From positions 40,015-104,014 of the forward strand of contig CBCTJT010000017.1 in assembly GCA_965147305.1 (NCBI GenBank): a stretch of DNA of 64,000 nucleotides, written 5' to 3'. The translations under genes and the position numbers were made by a program. Positions 57,412-64,000 of this stretch are shown here, piece by piece (positions within the stretch are counted from its first letter, which is position 1; each line of letters starts with the position of its first letter). Source of the DNA: an uncultured bacterium (GTDB taxonomy: Bacteria; Pseudomonadota; Gammaproteobacteria; Enterobacterales; Enterobacteriaceae). The notes under the pieces were generated by a model that made no database searches, was not told the origin of the DNA, and was given only the letters and a program-made list of their open reading frames with translations.

Positions 57412-58413
57412 ATGACAAAAAACGTTCACTTTGCGCCAAAAACCGCACATACCCATGCGCCAATCAAAGTGGGTGTGGTGGTATTTGACGACATCATTCC
57501 GTTTCACCTGTCAGTGCCCTGCGCGGTGTTCGAAAAAGCGGAAAACGACGATGGCACCCCGTTCTACCAGCTGATGATCTGCGCGACCCATCCCGGCCTG
57601 TTGAAAACCAATAGCGGTTTTTCAATTGTGGCGGAACATGGGCTGGAGGAATTGAAACAGGCCGATATGGTGGTGGTGCCGAGCTGGAGCGATCCCGCGG
57701 TGGCTCCGCCGGCGGCGCTGATTACAGCGTTACAGCAGGCTGCAGAGCGCGGTGCACAGATTGTGGGCTTGTGTCTGGGCGCCTTTGTGCTGGGAGCGGC
57801 GGGATTGCTGCAACAGCAGCGCGCCACCACGCACTGGCGCTGGATGAGCGATTTTGAACGGCTCTATCCTGATGTAACGATTGATCGCGACGTGCTGTAT
57901 ATCGATGAAGGGCAGATTGTGACCTCGGCAGGCACTGCGGCGAGCATTGATTGCTGCCTGCATCTGGTACGTGAGCAGTGCGGGGTGGATGTCGCTAACA
58001 ATGTGGCGCGCATGCTGGTGGTGCCGCCGCATCGGCAGGGTGGCCAGGCGCAATATATTGAGCAACCGGTGTATCACTCAGCGGGCAACGATCGCTTTAT
58101 GTCGGCACTCAGTTGGGCAACGGAGAATTTGCAGCAGTCACTGACGCTGGAGCAGCTAGCGGAGAGGGCGCTGATGAGCCGCCGTAGCTTTACGCGCCGT
58201 TTCAACCAGACCACCGGCAGTTGTTTCAGTGATTGGTTAATGGATCAGCGACTGGCGCTGGCGCAGCGATTCCTGGAAAAAACCGATCAGCCGATTGAAC
58301 TGATTGCTGAAAAAGCCGGGTTCTCTTCGCCGTTGATGTTAAGACGACACTTTAAAAAGAATTTGAATACTTCTCCATTACAGTATCGGAAAACATTTCG
58401 CGGTCGGATTTGA
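57412..58413 (+). CDS. GlxA-family regulator (DJ-1/PfpI-like domain + AraC HTH)
   Basis: 333 aa. N-terminal GATase1-like domain with IVGLCLGAFVLGAAGLL; C-terminal AraC-type HTH (LTLEQLAERALMSRRSFTRRF, GFSSPLMLRRHFKK). Divergent from the hydrolase gene. Confidence 0.85.
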   Translation: MTKNVHFAPKTAHTHAPIKVGVVVFDDIIPFHLSVPCAVFEKAENDDGTPFYQLMICATHPGLLKTNSGFSIVAEHGLEELKQADMVVVPSWSDPAVAPPAALITALQQAAERGAQIVGLCLGAFVLGAAGLLQQQRATTHWRWMSDFERLYPDVTIDRDVLYIDEGQIVTSAGTAASIDCCLHLVREQCGVDVANNVARMLVVPPHRQGGQAQYIEQPVYHSAGNDRFMSALSWATENLQQSLTLEQLAERALMSRRSFTRRFNQTTGSCFSDWLMDQRLALAQRFLEKTDQPIELIAEKAGFSSPLMLRRHFKKNLNTSPLQYRKTFRGRI

Positions 58414-58607
58414 AGCAATAGCCTGTAAATCAACATATTGTCTAAATATGCCTTGGGCATATTATGGCTTATATCATCCGCTGAATGACGTTTGGCAGGT
58501 TGCCAGCGATGCGAATATTTTGCGTAAATGATTGCTAATCTTATCAACGGATGGCCAACCATCCGTTGTGATTAATATTGTGCGAAGAAAAATAGTTCCG
58601 TGGTTTA

Positions 58608-59096
58608 TTAACGCATCACACAATCAATGCGTGAGGGAAATTGACCCGAGCGCAGCGTTGGCGTTCTCACCTCTTTCAATTTCTCGCTGCTGTTAAATTC
58701 ATGCTTTCGGCAAATCACGCATGGGTCAGCGCTTTCTTTCAGTTGCTGCTGGGCTTCACTCCCCAGCTGACGCTTACGGCAGTAGAGCGGGGTGCAACCC
58801 ATCACTTGCTTAAAAGAGCGTGTGAACGATTGCTGGCTTTCAAAATGGTATTTTACTGCCAGGCTGATAATCGGTGCATTGCTGTATTTCAGCTCGCTGA
58901 CACAACATGCCAGTTTCTTTTTACGGATATAACGGGCCAGCGTTTCGTTATGATAACGGGCAAATAATTTCTGCAAATACCATTTGGAATAACCAGATTT
59001 CACTGCGATATCGTCAATACTTAAACGCTGATCCAGATTGTCCATAATCCATTTGGTCACCGAATCAATAACCCCTTCGTTGTATTTTTGCGGCAT
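58608..59096 (-). CDS. MarA/SoxS/Rob-type AraC-family regulator with ~45-aa Cys-containing C-terminal extension (162 aa)
   Basis: IDSVTKWIMDNLDQRLSIDDIAVKSGYSKWYLQKLF...FESQQSFTRSFKQVMGCTPLYCR aligns with MarA (ILDWIEDNL...SGYSKWHLQRMF...FESQQTLTRTFK). The tail (...DPCVICRKHEF...IDCVMR) has no MarA counterpart. Confidence 0.75.
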   Translation of the reverse strand: MPQKYNEGVIDSVTKWIMDNLDQRLSIDDIAVKSGYSKWYLQKLFARYHNETLARYIRKKKLACCVSELKYSNAPIISLAVKYHFESQQSFTRSFKQVMGCTPLYCRKRQLGSEAQQQLKESADPCVICRKHEFNSSEKLKEVRTPTLRSGQFPSRIDCVMR

Positions 59097-59418
59097 CTTT
59101 ATGATCCTCCATTAACTCGACACAGTGTAAAATAATTAATCTTTCCATTCATCCGATTAACGTAAAGTTTTATAAGGAATTGGCTGTTTTATTATTTGTC
59201 ATCAAGACTGGTCTTGTATTTAGTGAAATTAAAACCGTTTTTGTTGAGATGATGTTGAATGTTTGGCGTAATCACGCCCGTTATTTTAACTCAAATTCCC
59301 CATCGCTTTGTCACACTTAACAGTCTGAGAAAAGCGTGCCGCTGGCACACCTCATCAATACGCTTCGGCGTATAACGTGCCAGACTGATGGTTTTTGCAT
59401 AGCTCAGGAGAAATGCGC

Positions 59419-60444
59419 ATGGCTTTTCGTTTCCCGCTAAAACAGTCACTTGCTGTGATTTTGACGGCGATGGCAGTGCTCCCCACCACCTCCGCATTAG
59501 CAGCCGATGTGTATGGCGAACAGCTGGAAGGTTTTCAGTATCCCTACTCACTTGAGCATTTTAATTTCTCCTCTCAGCAGCAACCGCTGAGCATGGGGTA
59601 TATGGATGTCAAACCCGCGCAGCAGGCGAATGGTCAGACGGTGGTGCTACTGCACGGCAAGAATTTCTGTGGCGCAACCTGGGAAGACACCATTAAAGCG
59701 CTCAGCCTGCAGGGTTATCGAGTCATTGCGCCGGACCAGATTGGTTTCTGTAGCTCGACAAAACCCGCTAATTACCAGTACAGCTTCCAGCAGCTGGCGC
59801 TGAATACCCATCAGCTGCTGCAGCATCTTGGCGTTGATAAAGCGGTGATTGTCGGGCATTCGACCGGCGGGATGCTGGCTACGCGTTATGCGCTGATGTA
59901 TCCACAACAGACGCAGAAACTGGTGCTGGTGAATCCGATAGGGCTGGAAGACTGGAAAGCCAAAGGCGCGCCGTGGCGATCGGTGGATCAATGGTATCAG
60001 CGTGAGCTGAAGCTCAATGCGGCAGGCATCAAAAAGTATGAACAAGCTACTTACTACGTTGGGCACTGGAAGCCGGAGTATGACAAATGGGTAGATATGC
60101 TGGCGGGTCTCAACAGCGGACCGGGCCACAAGAAGGTAGCCTGGAACTCCGCGCTGATTTACGACATGATTTTCACCCAGCCGGTGTATTACGAATTCAA
60201 AGACCTGAAAGTGCCGACGACGCTGATGATCGGTACAGCGGATACCACAGCGATTGGCAGCGATATCGCACCTGCTGCGGTTAAAGCACAGTTAGGGCAT
60301 TACAATGTGTTGGGCAAGCAGGTGACGAAGATGATTCCGGGCGCACATTTAATTGAGTTCCCTGGTATGGGACATGCGCCGCAGATGGAAGAGCCGCAGA
60401 AGTTTAATCAGACACTGATTAGCGATCTGGCGCGTCCGCTGTAA
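59419..60444 (+). CDS. Exported alpha/beta hydrolase
   Basis: MAFRFPLKQSLAVILTAMAVLPTTSALA signal (ATG at 59419 best spaced from the AGGAGA SD). VVLLHGKNF and the VGHSTGGMLA nucleophile elbow. Confidence 0.8.
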   Translation: MAFRFPLKQSLAVILTAMAVLPTTSALAADVYGEQLEGFQYPYSLEHFNFSSQQQPLSMGYMDVKPAQQANGQTVVLLHGKNFCGATWEDTIKALSLQGYRVIAPDQIGFCSSTKPANYQYSFQQLALNTHQLLQHLGVDKAVIVGHSTGGMLATRYALMYPQQTQKLVLVNPIGLEDWKAKGAPWRSVDQWYQRELKLNAAGIKKYEQATYYVGHWKPEYDKWVDMLAGLNSGPGHKKVAWNSALIYDMIFTQPVYYEFKDLKVPTTLMIGTADTTAIGSDIAPAAVKAQLGHYNVLGKQVTKMIPGAHLIEFPGMGHAPQMEEPQKFNQTLISDLARPL

Positions 60445-60492
60445 GAGCAGAACCCGATGTTGCAGAGGGGCGTGCCTGTGCACGCCCTGGCA

Positions 60493-61467
60493 CTATTGTG
60501 CCTGCTTTTTTTTGCCGTTCTTGGCTTCGTACATACGCGCATCGCTGCCTTCCAGCAACTGCTCCAGCGACAACGGATGGTCAGGATCAAATTCCACGAT
60601 GCCTGATGAGAAGTGCAGTGCGTAACGACGGTCGAGATCCTGAGTTTGCTTTTGCAGGAAGCGATCGAAGCGCGCCAAAACGCCCTCGGCATCGGCCTGC
60701 TGTAAGCCGTTAAACAGCACCACAAACTCATCACCGCCCAGGCGCGCAAACAAATCAGCGTGGCGGAAACTCACTTTCATCGCATCCGCAAAATCCATCA
60801 GTGCACGATCGCCTTCGCGATGGCCGAGCGTATCATTGATAGCTTTGAAACGGTCGAGGTCGAGAAAGGTCAGACTGGCCGGGAGCTGTTTAACCTCGCA
60901 CTCATTCAGCGCGAGCTGGCCCAGCGTCATAAATCCACGGCGGTTGGTGATTTGTGTCAGTTCATCCGAGGTCGCCGTCTGGAACGCCACCAATTCGGCT
61001 TCGGCCATCGCGGCCAAATCGCGCAGCGTATTCATATCATCCGCATTAAATTCGCGCGCATGGTGATCGACAATACAGAGTGTGCCCACTTTGGCACCCG
61101 CTGGCGTACGCAGCGGACAACCGGCGTAGAAGCGCACCGGGCTCTCAGAGGTATTCACTAACGGATTATCGTGGAAGCGCTCATCTTCGAGGGCGTTTTC
61201 CACCACCATCACATCGTCTTGCAGGATGGCGTGGCCACAGAACGACGTATTGCGGGGCGCGGTCGCGGCACTGGGACCGGCGATGGATTTGAACCACTGA
61301 TGGTCCTCCTCCAGCAGGCTAACCAGCGCAACCGGCACGCCGAACAAACGACGGGCAAGGCGGGTTAAACGGTCAAAACGCTCTTCTGCAGGCGTGTGCA
61401 GAATGTTGAGCGCACGTAACTGGGCCAGACGACGTGACTCGTCCGCAGGCAGTGCAGGTGCTTTCAT
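60493..61467 (-). CDS. GAF-domain diguanylate cyclase (GGDEF)
   Basis: N-terminal GAF (RFDRLTRLARRLFGVPVALVSLLEEDHQWFKS). C-terminal RLGGDEFVVLF active site; 324 aa. Confidence 0.85.
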   Translation of the reverse strand: MKAPALPADESRRLAQLRALNILHTPAEERFDRLTRLARRLFGVPVALVSLLEEDHQWFKSIAGPSAATAPRNTSFCGHAILQDDVMVVENALEDERFHDNPLVNTSESPVRFYAGCPLRTPAGAKVGTLCIVDHHAREFNADDMNTLRDLAAMAEAELVAFQTATSDELTQITNRRGFMTLGQLALNECEVKQLPASLTFLDLDRFKAINDTLGHREGDRALMDFADAMKVSFRHADLFARLGGDEFVVLFNGLQQADAEGVLARFDRFLQKQTQDLDRRYALHFSSGIVEFDPDHPLSLEQLLEGSDARMYEAKNGKKKQAQ

Positions 61468-61537
61468 CGCGTTACTCTTTCTTTTGAATTATTCGGGTAC
61501 AACTTCACTGGTGTTTTGCTGCCATAACGGCATAAAG

Positions 61538-61572
61538 CGCTTAGCAACGGTTGCGATAGCCGTCGCTAAGCG
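61538..61572 (-). terminator. Hairpin downstream of hemB
   Basis: CGCTTAGC...GCTAAGCG outer stem with an inner ACGG/CCGT extension. Weak U-tract (CTTTAT) on the minus strand. Confidence 0.45.
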
Positions 61573-61581
61573 TAACGATTA

Positions 61582-62559
61582 TCAGAGCACTTTTTGCTCG
61601 GCAAGATCAAGGGCAAAATAGCTGAAAATCAGGTCAGCACCGGCACGTTTAATCGCACCAAGGCTTTCCAGAACCACATTACGTTCGTCGATGGCACCCG
61701 CTTGCGCGGCGAATTTAATCATCGCGTATTCACCACTCACCTGGTACGCAGCCAGCGGCAGAGTAGTGCGCTCGCGGATATCACGCAGGATATCGAGGTA
61801 GGCGCCCGCCGGTTTCACCATCAGTGAATCGGCCCCTTCGGCTTCATCGATCAGAGACTCGCGAATCGCTTCACGGCGGTTCATCGGATTCATCTGATAA
61901 GTTTTACGATCGCCTTTCAATGCCGTTCCCGCCGCTTCACGGAACGGACCGTAGAACGATGAGGCGAACTTGGTGGAGTAAGACATGATGGCGGTATCGG
62001 TAAAGCCTGCCGCATCCAGTGCCTGACGAATGGCTTTTACCTGGCCATCCATTGCCGCTGAAGGCGCGATAAAATCAGCTCCGGCTTGCGCGGCTACCAC
62101 GGCCTGTTTGCCGAGGTTAATCAATGTCTGGTCGTTATCCACGCCGTGATCGCACAGCACGCCACAGTGACCGTGGCTGGTGTATTCACAGAAACAGGTG
62201 TCGGACATCACGATCATTTCTGGCACGGTGTCTTTGCAGATGCGCGACATACGGGCTACCAGGCCATTCTCATTCCATGCATCACTGCCGGTCGCATCGG
62301 TATGATGCGAAATGCCGAAGGTCATCACAGAGCGAATACCGGCTTTGGCGATGCGCTCAATTTCATAGGCCAGACGTTTCTCAGGAATACGCATCACACC
62401 CGGCATGGCGTTAATCGGCACGTAATCGTCCACGCCTTCTTCAACGAAGATTGGCAAGGCCAGATCGCTCAGACGAAGGTGGGATTCCTGGAACATTTCA
62501 CGCATTGACGCGCTTTTGCGCAGTCTTCTTGGACGCTGGAGAAGATTGAATTCAGACAT
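61582..62559 (-). CDS. hemB: Porphobilinogen synthase (delta-aminolevulinic acid dehydratase)
   Basis: [20 protein letters not shown]...[18 protein letters not shown]...[14 protein letters not shown] is collinear with E. coli HemB; 325 aa. Confidence 0.95.
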   Translation of the reverse strand: MSEFNLLQRPRRLRKSASMREMFQESHLRLSDLALPIFVEEGVDDYVPINAMPGVMRIPEKRLAYEIERIAKAGIRSVMTFGISHHTDATGSDAWNENGLVARMSRICKDTVPEMIVMSDTCFCEYTSHGHCGVLCDHGVDNDQTLINLGKQAVVAAQAGADFIAPSAAMDGQVKAIRQALDAAGFTDTAIMSYSTKFASSFYGPFREAAGTALKGDRKTYQMNPMNRREAIRESLIDEAEGADSLMVKPAGAYLDILRDIRERTTLPLAAYQVSGEYAMIKFAAQAGAIDERNVVLESLGAIKRAGADLIFSYFALDLAEQKVL

Positions 62560-62642
62560 GTTCGTACAACTTTTGCTGGTGAAAAAAGTGACAATAGTTT
62601 ACCCCTTTTCGCCAGCAGGGATGAAGGATTGTGTGCGGAAAC

Positions 62643-62668
62643 GAAAACTCCCGCCGGGCGGCGGGAGT
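62643..62668 (-). terminator. Intrinsic terminator of proP
   Basis: CTCCCGCC-GGGC-GGCGGGAG, with a TTTT tract on the minus strand right after the stem. Lies 9 nt past the proP stop. Confidence 0.8.
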
Positions 62669-62676
62669 GGGAGAAA

Positions 62677-64000
62677 TTACTCGTTGATGTCCGGGTGCTG
62701 CTGCACCAGGTTTTTACGTTTCGCCTCTAGCTTGGCGATCTCTTCATCAATATTTTCGATTTTCTGCTCAATGTTGTCGTGATGTTCCTGCAGGATTTCA
62801 CGCGCTTCTTCAATATCCGATGCGGCCGGTGTGGCACCGCGCAGCGGCTTGTTGGCGGTCTCTTTCATATAGACACCGGTTATCAAGCCAATCACCGCCA
62901 CCACCATCAGGTAGTAAGCCGGCATATACAGATTGTTGGTTGTCTCAACCAACCACGCGGCAAAGGTCGGGGTTAAACCGGCAACCAGCACCGAGATGTT
63001 GAAAGCACTTGCCAGCGCACTGTAACGAATGTGCGTCGGGAACATCGCTGGCAGCGACGAAGCCATCACGCCGGTAAAGGCGTTAAGGATTACCGCCAGC
63101 AGCAGCAGACCGGCAAAAATCAGCCCCAGCACGCCGCTGTTAATCAACATAAACGCCGGAATCGCACAGGCGAACAGCGCGATACTACCGATGATGATAA
63201 ACGGACGACGACCAAAGCGGTCACTCAGCATGCCCATCACCGGCTGCACAAACAGCATACCCATCATGATGGCGATAATAATCAGTACGCCATGATCTTC
63301 CGAGTAATGCAGGTTATGCGACAGGTAGCTCGGCATGTAGGTCAGCAGCATGTAGTAGGTCACGTTGGTGGCGATCACCAGACCGATGCAGGCCAACAGA
63401 CTTTTCCAATGCTTAGTGGCGATCTCTTTGAACGACACTTTCGGGCCGTCACGCAGACCTTCACGATCGCCTTGCTCCAGCTTCTCAACGTGCTGCTGGA
63501 ATGCCGGGGTCTCTTCCAGGGCATGACGCAGATAAAGCCCAATCAGGCCTAACGGCAGTGCGAGGAAGAACGGCAGACGCCAGCCCCACTCAAGGAATTT
63601 CGCTTCACCGATGACGGTAGAGATCAGCACTACGACACCCGCACCCAGTACGAAGCCAGCGATGGAGCCGAAGTCGAGCCAGCTGCCCATAAAGCCACGC
63701 TTACGGTCCGGCGAGTATTCTGCGACGAAGATCGATGCGCCGGTATATTCACCGCCCACCGAGAAGCCCTGCGCCATTTTCGCCAACAGCAGCAGAATCG
63801 GTGCCCAGATGCCGATGGTGGCGTAAGAGGGGATCAGGCCGATACAGAAGGTACTGATCGACATGATGACAATGGTGATGGAGAGGATTTTCTGACGACC
63901 GTATTTGTCGCCGAGCATACCAAAGAACAGACCACCCAGTGGACGAATCAGGAAGGGAACGGAGAACGTACCCAGAGCAGCAATCATCTGCACGCTTGGC
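62677..64000 (-). CDS. proP: Proline/glycine-betaine:H+ symporter ProP (C-terminal ~441 codons; 5' end beyond window)
   Basis: MFS sugar-porter-like core plus the characteristic C-terminal coiled coil (DIEEAREILQEHHDNIEQKIENIDEEIAKLEAKRKNLVQQHP). The frame stays open to the window edge. Confidence 0.9.
   Translation of the reverse strand, partial: PSVQMIAALGTFSVPFLIRPLGGLFFGMLGDKYGRQKILSITIVIMSISTFCIGLIPSYATIGIWAPILLLLAKMAQGFSVGGEYTGASIFVAEYSPDRKRGFMGSWLDFGSIAGFVLGAGVVVLISTVIGEAKFLEWGWRLPFFLALPLGLIGLYLRHALEETPAFQQHVEKLEQGDREGLRDGPKVSFKEIATKHWKSLLACIGLVIATNVTYYMLLTYMPSYLSHNLHYSEDHGVLIIIAIMMGMLFVQPVMGMLSDRFGRRPFIIIGSIALFACAIPAFMLINSGVLGLIFAGLLLLAVILNAFTGVMASSLPAMFPTHIRYSALASAFNISVLVAGLTPTFAAWLVETTNNLYMPAYYLMVVAVIGLITGVYMKETANKPLRGATPAASDIEEAREILQEHHDNIEQKIENIDEEIAKLEAKRKNLVQQHPDINE

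Noticed and set aside
60506-60513. T8/A8 tract in the GGDEF gene as a phase-variation site
   Set aside because: It encodes the KKK run seven codons from the stop. A frameshift would alter only the extreme C-terminus, so an on/off function is unlikely.

Overview
64-kb chromosomal window from a Gram-negative enterobacterium. The conserved block yhiN-pitA-uspB-uspA-rsmJ-prlC-rlmJ-gor follows E. coli order, and kdpFABCD, hemB and proP are also present. Roughly mid-50s % GC by eye, plus the style of the extragenic palindromes, suggests an Erwiniaceae/Pantoea-like host; that is inference only. I call about 50 protein genes. Most are housekeeping or accessory metabolism and transport: four LysR regulators, four MFS transporters, several alpha/beta and isochorismatase-type hydrolases, an lgoRTD-like L-galactonate locus, a ddp-like peptide ABC importer next to an M19 dipeptidase, one HD-GYP and one GAF-GGDEF c-di-GMP enzyme. 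Features absent from the ORF track: a fluoride (crcB-motif) riboswitch with a terminator expression platform, the 29-codon kdpF, a conserved KdpE operator, a 15-codon upstream ORF coupled to a membrane-protein gene, several intrinsic terminators, and abundant extragenic repeats (a REP family, a 44-bp tandem REP array, a (GCG)7 microsatellite, 35- and 37-bp degenerate tandem repeats, and a GC-rich nested palindromic element present twice). I saw no tRNA/rRNA, CRISPR, IS/transposase, integrase, phage or recognisable defence genes, and no clear-cut new multi-gene system. The best follow-up candidates are: (1) kdpD ends with no kdpE although the KdpE operator is intact; (2) a two-gene module flanked by AT-rich spacers (YrdC/Sua5-like protein, Gate-domain membrane protein, coupled uORF) lying between a qor-like gene and gor; (3) a hairpin that sequesters the Shine-Dalgarno of the HD-GYP gene; (4) two possibly paralogous 115-aa two-cysteine exported proteins; (5) the repeat architectures. 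All start codons were chosen by eye (homolog N-termini, SD spacing). No numerical statistics were computed.
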